32,000 nucleotides of DNA from Zymomonas mobilis subsp. mobilis ATCC 10988 (GTDB lineage Bacteria > Pseudomonadota > Alphaproteobacteria > Sphingomonadales > Sphingomonadaceae), in assembly GCF_000175255.2 (NCBI RefSeq), contig NC_017262.1:120001-152000 (forward strand). The letters run 5' to 3'. A program made the position numbers and the translations under genes. The notes under the pieces were generated by a model. The model saw nothing but the letters and a program-made list of their open reading frames with translations. It had not been told where the DNA came from and did not search any database. Of the stretch, positions 6,464-14,389 are shown piece by piece; within the stretch, counting starts at the first letter, position 1, and every line of letters starts with the position of its first letter.

Positions 6464-8116
6464 TTAATCCGGCAATATATCGATATCGTAGTAATAATAG
6501 CCGTCTTCTTCTTTCTCTACCGATTTACCGCCTAACTGCCGCCCAAAGGCGCTGATAATCCGCCGAATAACTTCATTGCCCTTACGGGAAGATAGCTGTT
6601 TCAAGGCCTCGGCTCGGATCTCCAAGCCCGCATGGTCGGGGGTATTTTCAAATTCGGCGCTATGACGATGCAAAATAATGGTGATCGGTAACAACGGATC
6701 AACCGCCAAAGAAAAATCGACAATTTCGACCAGAATAAAGGCAATCGGCATCGCCTTTTCCAAAGGTACAAAAACCTGATCTATCTCGGTTTCAATCTGA
6801 AAATTCTTTTCAAATGTCTGCAAACTGGTTTGTAACCCGTTGACCAATTCCTTAATCAGCAAGGATAAATCCAGCCCTTGGCCTTTATCTAGCTCATTAT
6901 AATATTGGCGCTGAACAATCGCCAAAGCATTTACCCGCCGCTGGATAGTCGCATAGGCGGATTTTTCTTTAGCGGTTTCAGCTCGACGGCTGTGAATACT
7001 CAATAGGCTGGACACAACTTGAAGGTTGTTTTTCACCCGATGATGCACTTCACGGGTCAACATTTTTTGATGCTGTAAGGCATTGCGGAGGGCGCGTTCA
7101 TGGGCAGCCAATCTAACCGCAACATGATAAAAGGCCTTGCTAACCTGCCTAATTTCTCTTGCCGCCCCAATCGAAGCCGGTTTTATCTTTTGTATTTCGC
7201 CCGTCTTGCCATAATCGACAATCGCCCTTTGGGTGCGCCGCAAGGGGCGCAACAGCATATAATGGACAACAACCCAACCAATGCTCGCCGTCATAAACCA
7301 GATCAACACGGGCAACAAAACAAACAGCAAATCGACTTTTCTAAAGGGGGGCAGGTTGTTATCGTAAATCAGGTTAATAGAATTATCAAAAGTCGGAATA
7401 ACAACCGGATGGCTTTGCTTTAATAAAGGCTTCTTCGGCGAAATTAACGGCAATAAATGGCTTTTTTGGGCTAGAAAAAGCGCCGATCCATCCGGCACAA
7501 CCTTCCGCTCGATTATTTTCAATAAAGAATCTCGGCCAATCTGTCCGACAACCAGATATTTTGACAGCGGATAATGCCCACCCAGAAAAGAGAATTGAAG
7601 CTGTCCCTCATTTTCCAGAATATCGACATTATAAAAGTTATTTGCACCCAGCGGCTTAAAAGGCAAAAGCACGGCCGTATTCACTTTAAAATTGTCGCTT
7701 TTGCACAGTAAACGCCCCGATGTATCCATCAAGGCATAATCCACTGGGACGAAACCAAGGCTTTGCATATGCTGAATCAGAAGGGAACATTCGCCCATAT
7801 CGGCAAAATCATAGCTACCTTCTTCGTCAAAGATATTTCTGACATCATAGGCCAAAATATCGATAGAATCGTCAATCGTGCGCGCGCTCTCAGTCGCAAT
7901 AAGCTGCGCTTCTTTTTGGTGATTAAGGCGGTATTGATGGGACGAAGCGATAAACGCCCCAAGTGCAACAAAACTCGGCGGAAGCTGTGCCAAACTTAAA
8001 ACCACCAACATCCGAAACCATGTAGGCATGGAAACGAAAAGCAGAAATAACCGACGGGTCAAAAGCTGCTTTTTGTGGAAGGTTTTTGAAGGCGAATTTT
8101 TAAAAAATGCCTTCAT
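6464..8116 (-). CDS. membrane HisKA_2 histidine kinase-like protein, PhyT/PhyP-like (catalytic domain apparently degenerate)
   Basis: 550 aa with two TM segments flanking a ~220-aa periplasmic region and a HAMP-like linker. The H-box is EVHHRVKNNLQVVSSLL (HisKA_2 type). In the C-terminal region, by-eye alignment finds no N-box Asn (VEIVDFSL where ELvtNAlK is expected) and no DxGxG G1 box. It lies 26 nt downstream of the nepR-like ORF. Confidence 0.85.
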   Translation of the reverse strand: MKAFFKNSPSKTFHKKQLLTRRLFLLFVSMPTWFRMLVVLSLAQLPPSFVALGAFIASSHQYRLNHQKEAQLIATESARTIDDSIDILAYDVRNIFDEEGSYDFADMGECSLLIQHMQSLGFVPVDYALMDTSGRLLCKSDNFKVNTAVLLPFKPLGANNFYNVDILENEGQLQFSFLGGHYPLSKYLVVGQIGRDSLLKIIERKVVPDGSALFLAQKSHLLPLISPKKPLLKQSHPVVIPTFDNSINLIYDNNLPPFRKVDLLFVLLPVLIWFMTASIGWVVVHYMLLRPLRRTQRAIVDYGKTGEIQKIKPASIGAAREIRQVSKAFYHVAVRLAAHERALRNALQHQKMLTREVHHRVKNNLQVVSSLLSIHSRRAETAKEKSAYATIQRRVNALAIVQRQYYNELDKGQGLDLSLLIKELVNGLQTSLQTFEKNFQIETEIDQVFVPLEKAMPIAFILVEIVDFSLAVDPLLPITIILHRHSAEFENTPDHAGLEIRAEALKQLSSRKGNEVIRRIISAFGRQLGGKSVEKEEDGYYYYDIDILPD

Positions 8117-8142
8117 AAAGCACCGATCCGTATCGTTATCAA

Positions 8143-8355
8143 TTAGTTGAGTTTTGCCAAAAGGGCTAGAAGGTCATCAGGCACCGCTTCTTCAACCGTC
8201 TGCTGATAGACATTACGCAAGGCAAAACCGATTGCGTTTTTTCGATCTTCCGCCTGTTTTGCCGATTCATCAGCATGTGCGGCATTTCCGGAAGAAGCCG
8301 GTAATTCTTGGGATACTGGCCTTTTATGGTTATGTGCTGTCATGCTGCCATTCAT
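8143..8355 (-). CDS. nepR: NepR-family anti-sigma factor (anti-sigma-EcfG) candidate
   Basis: 70-aa ORF whose C-terminal AIGFALRNVYQQTVEEAVPDDLLALLAKLN fits the NepR signature (IG..LR..Y......P.P..F..LL..L). The N-terminus is disordered and charged. The size is typical and it is co-oriented with a HisKA_2 kinase. Confidence 0.7.
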   Translation of the reverse strand: MNGSMTAHNHKRPVSQELPASSGNAAHADESAKQAEDRKNAIGFALRNVYQQTVEEAVPDDLLALLAKLN

Positions 8356-8593
8356 CTTAGTTATTCTATGATTGGGTCGGATACGGTTCAGTCTTACCGA
8401 GGTAATCTATCTTTCTTATTATAAGATCCATTCATTCTGTCCAGAATCATTATAAAATTTCAACCACAAAAAATGGCTGGATTGATAAGAATTTTTAAAT
8501 TTGATCTACCTCGAAAAAATTTTTCCCTTTTATCCGGATTACAAAATGTCTGACTGGCATTTTCGGTCAGAAAGTGCCAGACTTCATAAAAGA

Positions 8594-8618
8594 AACAAAA
8601 TATTATAGGCTTTGTTCC
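8594..8618 (-). promoter_or_regulatory. sigma-EcfG-type promoter candidate (GGAAC-N16-TGTT) upstream of nepR, overlapping a TATAAT hexamer
   Basis: Minus strand: GGAAC (8618-8614), 16 nt, TGTT (8597-8594). A perfect TATAAT (rc of 8602-8607) lies inside the spacer. The motif is ~240 nt upstream of the nepR ATG. Confidence 0.3.
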
Positions 8619-8699
8619 TGTCCTATTTCGGGATCTCTTTTATTTTCTCAAAATTTAACGATTAAATCGTTAACCTAAAAAGAAAAAAGTCTACAGGAA

Positions 8700-10220
8700 T
8701 TAGTCTTTCTTGGCGTTTCTCGCGGTTGTTTTCGGCACGGAATAGTTCAAAAACGGCGGAATCGGGCCATTCCAATCAATTGCCGTTTCCAAAGCAACCG
8801 GCTTCACACGCCGTAAATTTTCAGGCCGCAATGCCCGTTCCTGAGTCCGCGCCTTGCTAACAGGACGCGAAGCCGTGTTTCTTGGGGCTTGGTTTTTAGG
8901 AAAGTCACTTTCAACACTATCCAGCCGATCCTCTGGTGATTTTTTCGGAGTTTCGGCCTTTCTTGGGGCTTTCCTTGGGCTAGGCGCGGCTGATTTCTCT
9001 TGCGCAGGCTTTGCTTGTTTGGGGCTAACTGCTTCTTCGCTTTTAGACGGATGGGCATTTTTCTTTCTGTTCCCTAATCGAGGAATCTCGACGCCCATCA
9101 ATTTTTCAATCGCGGCTATCGCCTCTTCATCAGCAGGGGTAACAAAGGTCAAAGCCTCTCCACTAGCGCCGCCGCGTCCGGTGCGGCCAATGCGATGGAT
9201 ATAGTCATCAGGATGGGTCGGCACGTCAAAATTAAAGACATGACTGATCCCTTTAACATCCAATCCTCTTGCGGCGATATCGGAAGCAACCAGAACGCTG
9301 ATCTGACCATTTTTGAAGCGCTCAAGCTCACTGCCACGCTCTGGCTGGCTCATATCGCCATGAATCTGACCGACGGAAAAGCCTTGCTGCTCCAAGGTTG
9401 TTGCCAACTGTCTCACGGTCGTTTTACGGTTGCAAAAGATAATCGCCGTATGGTCTTTTTCCGCCCGCAGCATATCGCACAGCTTCTTTTTCTTCGAGCG
9501 GGGCGATACTTCAATCAAACGCTGATCAATCAGGGTATTGGCCGTTGCAGGACGACTGATTTCAATTTGTTTCGGGTTGGACAAGAAACGATCAGCCAGC
9601 TTTTTAATCGCAGGCGGCATCGTCGCTGAAAAAAGCAAAGTCTGACGACTGGTCGGCAATTTCGTGCAAATGGTTTCAATATCGGGAATAAATCCCATAT
9701 CGAGCATCCGGTCAGCTTCATCAATGACCAGCATTTCACAGCTTGAAAGCAGGATTTTCCCCCGCTCGAACAAATCAAGCAAACGTCCGGGGGTTGCAAT
9801 CAAAACATCCACCCCTTTTTCAAGGGCGGCTTGCTGTTCTGCCATCGGGACACCCCCGATTAGCAAAGACATCGATAATTTATGATATTTTCCGTATTTC
9901 TCGAAATTTTCGGCGACTTGAGCGGCCAATTCCCGCGTTGGTTCCAAAATTAGGGAACGCGGCATTCTTGCGCGACACCGCCCATGCGCCAAAATATCAA
10001 TCATCGGCAGAACAAAACTAGCCGTTTTGCCGGTGCCGGTTTGGGCAACCGCGATCAGGTCACGCATCATCAAAACAGACGGGATAGCCGTTGCCTGAAC
10101 AGGGGTGGGTTCTTCATATCCCAATTCGGCAACTGCTTGCAGTAGTTCTTTTGAAAGGCCTAGATCGGCAAAGCTCATGAAATATCTGACCAGAAACAGG
10201 CGATAATCCTTATCGGACAT
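8700..10220 (-). CDS. DEAD-box ATP-dependent RNA helicase (RhlE-like, basic C-terminal tail)
   Basis: Contains AQTGTGKT (motif I), VIDEADRML (DEAD), SAT, HRIGRTGR and a lysine/arginine/proline-rich tail. The conserved N-terminus MSFADLGLS suggests the true start may be ATG 10178 rather than 10220. Confidence 0.93.
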   Translation of the reverse strand: MSDKDYRLFLVRYFMSFADLGLSKELLQAVAELGYEEPTPVQATAIPSVLMMRDLIAVAQTGTGKTASFVLPMIDILAHGRCRARMPRSLILEPTRELAAQVAENFEKYGKYHKLSMSLLIGGVPMAEQQAALEKGVDVLIATPGRLLDLFERGKILLSSCEMLVIDEADRMLDMGFIPDIETICTKLPTSRQTLLFSATMPPAIKKLADRFLSNPKQIEISRPATANTLIDQRLIEVSPRSKKKKLCDMLRAEKDHTAIIFCNRKTTVRQLATTLEQQGFSVGQIHGDMSQPERGSELERFKNGQISVLVASDIAARGLDVKGISHVFNFDVPTHPDDYIHRIGRTGRGGASGEALTFVTPADEEAIAAIEKLMGVEIPRLGNRKKNAHPSKSEEAVSPKQAKPAQEKSAAPSPRKAPRKAETPKKSPEDRLDSVESDFPKNQAPRNTASRPVSKARTQERALRPENLRRVKPVALETAIDWNGPIPPFLNYSVPKTTARNAKKD

Positions 10221-10347
10221 CGCGGATTAAATAAAATAAGATGCGGCATCCACATCTTGATAAGTGAAATTCTGCTATAGCAACGGATATCCAACCCCGC
10301 AAATTAAAGTGAATCTTAATTCACCGTCGCGGTCATGCCCGAGCCTT

Positions 10348-10857
10348 TTAGTGTTTAAAAACACCTTCAACCACACGGAATCGGTTAATCAGACATTCGC
10401 CACCCCATCTGGCATAAACAGGATCACGCTTGGCGCATATCTGTCCATCACGGCCTGCATGGACATAAAAACCGGAATAAAAATCAAGGGCAGGGCAATG
10501 CTCCAGATGCGCTCTTATCCGGCTGCCCCCTTTTAACATCAAATCAACGCTATCTTTTTCAGAAACAGCGGCGGCACCAATATCTTCTGGTGAGACGCAT
10601 TTCGGGCCCTTTTTCTCATGCCAGACCGCTTCAGGCGGAGGTGGCGGGGCATTATAGGGCGAATCCGGTGGCGGAGGCGGCGGAGGCAAAGGTCTTTGGT
10701 TGCGACCATTGGCATTTCTGACATTCAAATGGATTTCCATCACACCGGAATGTGGAAAATGGCGGGGCGGCATAGCCGACAGAGGCAAGGAAAAAAACAG
10801 GCATCCCCCGATAACGGGGCGAAGCAAAAATGCGCATCCCTTTTCTATCAATGACAT
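10348..10857 (-). CDS. hypothetical secreted protein with polyproline tract
   Basis: The ORF-track start at 10947 is a TTG. ATG 10857 gives MSLIEKGCAFLLRPVIGGCLFFSLPLSA, which looks like a signal peptide. It is followed by PLPPPPPPPDSPYNAPPPPP and a Cys-containing C-terminal domain. I recognise no family. Confidence 0.5.
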   Translation of the reverse strand: MSLIEKGCAFLLRPVIGGCLFFSLPLSAMPPRHFPHSGVMEIHLNVRNANGRNQRPLPPPPPPPDSPYNAPPPPPEAVWHEKKGPKCVSPEDIGAAAVSEKDSVDLMLKGGSRIRAHLEHCPALDFYSGFYVHAGRDGQICAKRDPVYARWGGECLINRFRVVEGVFKH

Positions 10858-11104
10858 AATCTTGGCATAAGACCGCAAATTTCCCCTTGCTTTCGCCAGA
10901 GCATGGCAAAAAAAATATGAATTTCCGATGAATCTGATTGAAGTCAATCCATAAAATCCATCAAGATAGAAATAGCTGTTTCTACTTAATTATTCTTTTC
11001 AGTTCTTGTTATTCGTCCTACTATCTCTTCACTTTGACCAAAACGAAACCTACATTCGTTTGGCAAAGAAATGACAAGCCATATTCATTTAGGAGAGCGT
11101 TGTT

Positions 11105-12628
11105 ATGGCAAGAATCGCAAATAAAGCAGCCATAGATGCTGCATGGAAACAGGTTTCCGCTTGCTCAGAAAAAACTTTAAAACAGCTTTTTGAAGAAGAC
11201 AGTAACCGTCTTTCAGGTCTGGTTGTGGAGACAGCAAAACTCCGTTTTGATTTTTCCAAAAATCACCTTGATAGCCAGAAGCTGACTGCCTTCAAAAAGC
11301 TGTTAGAGGCTTGTGACTTTGATACCAGAAGAAAAGCGCTCTTTGCCGGTGAAAAAATCAATATAACAGAAGACCGTGCAGTTGAGCATATGGCCGAACG
11401 TGGACAGGGTGCCCCTGCCAGCGTCGCCCGCGCCAAAGAATATCATGCCCGGATGCGTACGCTGATCGAAGCTATCGATGCGGGTGCCTTCGGTGAAGTC
11501 AAACATTTATTGCATATCGGCATTGGCGGTTCTGCTCTCGGCCCCAAATTGCTGATTGATGCCCTGACTCGTGAATCTGGCCGCTATGATGTTGCGGTTG
11601 TTTCCAATGTTGACGGTCAGGCTCTGGAAGAAGTCTTCAAAAAATTCAATCCGCATAAAACCCTGATTGCGGTTGCTTCCAAGACCTTCACTACCGCAGA
11701 AACCATGCTGAACGCAGAATCCGCGATGGAATGGATGAAGAAGCATGGCGTCGAAGATCCTCAGGGTCGCATGATTGCCCTTACCGCCAATCCGGCGAAG
11801 GCTTCTGAAATGGGTATTGATGATACCCGCATCCTGCCTTTCGCAGAAAGCATCGGCGGCCGCTATTCTCTGTGGTCTTCCATCGGTTTTCCGGCGGCGC
11901 TGGCTCTTGGATGGGAAGGCTTCCAGCAGCTTCTCGAAGGTGGCGCGGCTATGGATCGCCATTTCCTCGAAGCCGCTCCTGAAAAGAACGCGCCTATTCT
12001 GGCTGCTTTTGCTGACCAGTATTACAGCGCCGTCCGCGGTGCGCAGACTCATGGCATTTTCGCCTATGACGAACGCCTGCAACTTTTGCCTTTCTATCTC
12101 CAGCAGTTGGAAATGGAATCCAATGGTAAACGCGTTGACCTCGATGGCAATCTGATTGATCATCCCAGCGCTTTCATCACTTGGGGCGGTGTCGGCACCG
12201 ATGCCCAACATGCGGTATTCCAGCTTTTGCATCAGGGAACGCGTCTGGTTCCGATCGAATTTATCGCTGCTATCAAAGCAGACGATACTTTAAATCCGGT
12301 GCATCATAAAACCTTGCTGACCAACGCCTTCGCACAGGGTGCCGCCCTGATGAGTGGCCGCGACAACAAGGATCCGGCACGTTCTTATCCGGGTGACCGT
12401 CCGTCAACGACGATCCTGATGGAAGAATTGCGTCCGGCTCAGTTGGGTGCTTTGATTGCCTTCTACGAACATCGCACTTTCACGAATGGTGTTCTTTTGG
12501 GCATCAACAGCTTTGACCAGTTCGGTGTTGAACTCGGAAAAGAAATGGCTCACGCCATTGCCGATCATCCTGAAAATTCCGATTTCGACCCGTCAACCAA
12601 GGCTTTGATTGCGGCTGCTTTGAAATAG
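11105..12628 (+). CDS. pgi: glucose-6-phosphate isomerase
   Basis: 507 aa with HIGIGGSALGP, the LEMESNGK motif, and a GAALMSG...YEHRTF...INSFDQFGVELGK C-terminal signature. AGGAGA SD upstream. Confidence 0.97.
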   Translation: MARIANKAAIDAAWKQVSACSEKTLKQLFEEDSNRLSGLVVETAKLRFDFSKNHLDSQKLTAFKKLLEACDFDTRRKALFAGEKINITEDRAVEHMAERGQGAPASVARAKEYHARMRTLIEAIDAGAFGEVKHLLHIGIGGSALGPKLLIDALTRESGRYDVAVVSNVDGQALEEVFKKFNPHKTLIAVASKTFTTAETMLNAESAMEWMKKHGVEDPQGRMIALTANPAKASEMGIDDTRILPFAESIGGRYSLWSSIGFPAALALGWEGFQQLLEGGAAMDRHFLEAAPEKNAPILAAFADQYYSAVRGAQTHGIFAYDERLQLLPFYLQQLEMESNGKRVDLDGNLIDHPSAFITWGGVGTDAQHAVFQLLHQGTRLVPIEFIAAIKADDTLNPVHHKTLLTNAFAQGAALMSGRDNKDPARSYPGDRPSTTILMEELRPAQLGALIAFYEHRTFTNGVLLGINSFDQFGVELGKEMAHAIADHPENSDFDPSTKALIAAALK

Positions 12629-12710
12629 GTTTCCGCTTTCTTCAATCGCTCTGATCGTGATCCTTAGCTGGATTTCACTATCTGAAACGGTCATTCTTCA
12701 CTTTATCAGC

Positions 12711-12741
12711 AACCGATATCCGTTCTCTTCGGATATCGGTT
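12711..12741 (+). terminator. strong 3' hairpin after pgi (no U-tract)
   Basis: Perfect 12-bp stem AACCGATATCCG / CGGATATCGGTT with a 7-nt loop. It is followed by AAAAAGG, so it is not a canonical intrinsic terminator. Confidence 0.35.
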
Positions 12742-12790
12742 AAAAAGGAAAGGCAGCCATTCTGCCCAACCGGATAAGGGAAGATGAAAT

Positions 12791-14137
12791 ATGACAGATT
12801 ATGATTTCGATCTTTTTGTGATCGGAGCCGGATCGGGAGGTGTCAGAGCCTCCCGCATTGCCGCTTCTCATGGGGCATCCGTAGCCATTGCGGAAGAATA
12901 CCGTATCGGCGGCACCTGCGTCATACGGGGCTGCGTTCCCAAAAAAATGCTTTATTACGCCGCCGATTTCGCGGCAGATCTGAAAAAAGCCCAGCGCTTC
13001 GGCTGGACATTACCCGAAAAAAAATTCGACTGGTCAACGCTTCGCGATGTCGTTTTATCCGATGTAACGCGGCTTGAAGGTCTCTATACTCAAACGCTCG
13101 ATAATAATCATATCACCCATTACAAAGAACATGCGGTGATCGAAGGCGCGAATCAGATTCGTTTAGCCAGCGGTAAAAAAATTACGGCGCGTTATATTCT
13201 GGTCGCAGTGGGAGCAGAGCCGGCTAAACTCGACATTCCGGGGGCAGAATATGCCGTCACTTCCAATGAAATGTTTCTGCTGCCTTCCTTGCCCAAGCGC
13301 GCTTTAGTCGTCGGCGGTGGCTATATCGCTAATGAATTTGCCGGAATTTTGAATAGCTTTGGCGTCGAAACCACCATAGCCACGCATGGCGACCGTATTT
13401 TACGCGGCTATGATGAAGAAATCGCTGCAAGACTGGTTGAGATAGGGCAGGGGCATGGCATCGATTACCGTTTCAATGCCGATATTGCTCGCATCGACAA
13501 AGACTCATCCGGCCGTCTTACCACTCATTTCAAAGATGGCAGCCAGATAGAAAGCGATCTTGTCTTATTCGCGATTGGACGGGTCGCCAAAAGCCGTGAC
13601 CTCGGCTTGGACAAGGCTGATGTCAAAACCAATGATCGCGGGGCTATTCTGGTCGATGAAGAAAATCGGACAAGCTGCCCCTCTATTTATGCTGTCGGCG
13701 ATGTCACCGATCGGGTGCAATTAACGCCGGTCGCCATTCGGGAAGGACAAGCCTTTGCGGATCGGGTTTTCGGTCATAAAGCGGCCTCGGTCGATTATGA
13801 TACTATTCCGACGGCGGTTTTCTCTCACCCGCCTCTCGCCAGCGCAGGTCTGACCGAAGAGGAAGCCAAAAAACGCTATAAAAATATTAAGATCTATAAA
13901 TCCAATTTCCGGCCGATGCGGAATGCTTTGATCGACAGCCCCGATCGCGCGCTTTATAAAATGGTTGTTGATGGTGACAGCGATAAAGTCTTGGGTCTCC
14001 ATCTGATCGGTCAGGATTCTCCTGAAATTATCCAGTTGGCAGCGGTCGCTATCAAGGCAGGCTTAACGAAACAGGCCTTCAACGACACGGTCGCTCTCCA
14101 TCCCAGTAGCGCTGAAGAACTTGTTTTAATGCGATAA
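12791..14137 (+). CDS. gor: glutathione-disulfide reductase (pyridine nucleotide-disulfide oxidoreductase class I)
   Basis: GAGSGGVRA FAD motif, redox-active GGTCVIRGCVPKK, C-terminal ALHPSSAEELV (His-Glu dyad region), 448 aa. Confidence 0.88.
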   Translation: MTDYDFDLFVIGAGSGGVRASRIAASHGASVAIAEEYRIGGTCVIRGCVPKKMLYYAADFAADLKKAQRFGWTLPEKKFDWSTLRDVVLSDVTRLEGLYTQTLDNNHITHYKEHAVIEGANQIRLASGKKITARYILVAVGAEPAKLDIPGAEYAVTSNEMFLLPSLPKRALVVGGGYIANEFAGILNSFGVETTIATHGDRILRGYDEEIAARLVEIGQGHGIDYRFNADIARIDKDSSGRLTTHFKDGSQIESDLVLFAIGRVAKSRDLGLDKADVKTNDRGAILVDEENRTSCPSIYAVGDVTDRVQLTPVAIREGQAFADRVFGHKAASVDYDTIPTAVFSHPPLASAGLTEEEAKKRYKNIKIYKSNFRPMRNALIDSPDRALYKMVVDGDSDKVLGLHLIGQDSPEIIQLAAVAIKAGLTKQAFNDTVALHPSSAEELVLMR

Positions 14138-14225
14138 TTTGGCGCTCTCGCAAATCGCTTTTGGTCAAAAAAGAGGCGTATTCCGATAAAATACTGTTTT
14201 TTATTCATCTTTCTTTTGAAATCTC

Positions 14226-14254
14226 TTGACCAAAACGAAAACACAATTTAATTG
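14226..14254 (+). promoter_or_regulatory. candidate sigma70 promoter of tRNA-His
   Basis: TTGACC (14226-14231), 17 nt, TAATTG (14249-14254), about 55 nt upstream of the tRNA. It shares a 15-mer with the pgi upstream region. Confidence 0.4.
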
Positions 14255-14311
14255 AGCCGGACATCCACGGACATGCATCAAGTTTTCTTCCGCTGTCCGG
14301 CTCGATATTAT

Positions 14312-14389
14312 GGCGATCGTAGCTCAATTGGTTAGAGCGCCGGTTTGTGGTACCGGAGGTTGCGGGTTCAATTCCCGTCGATCGCCCCA
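14312..14389 (+). tRNA. tRNA-His (GTG)
   Basis: Hand-folded cloverleaf: encoded G-1 opposite C73, acceptor GCGATCG/CGATCGC, D arm GCTC..GAGC, anticodon stem CCGGT/ACCGG with loop TTGTGGT, T arm GCGGG-TTCAATT-CCCGT, and an encoded CCA. Confidence 0.93.

Noticed and set aside
5872-6467. Three ORF-track ORFs: 5872-6159 (+), 6095-6364 (-) and 6243-6467 (+)
   Set aside because: They overlap each other. They also overlap the better-supported entericidin-like gene with its terminator and the hairpin/U-tract RNA. They have no SD and implausible composition (for example RGEEETFRIMNFKK).
11507-12232. 241-aa minus-strand ORF inside pgi. Similar long shadow ORFs: 26349-26891 in the MFS gene, 21619-22117 in nrdR/glyA, 24191-24661 in hemA, and 9195-9629 in the helicase gene
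   Set aside because: These are antisense shadows of high-confidence genes. They have no motifs and the Arg/Gly/Ser-rich composition typical of the reverse frame.
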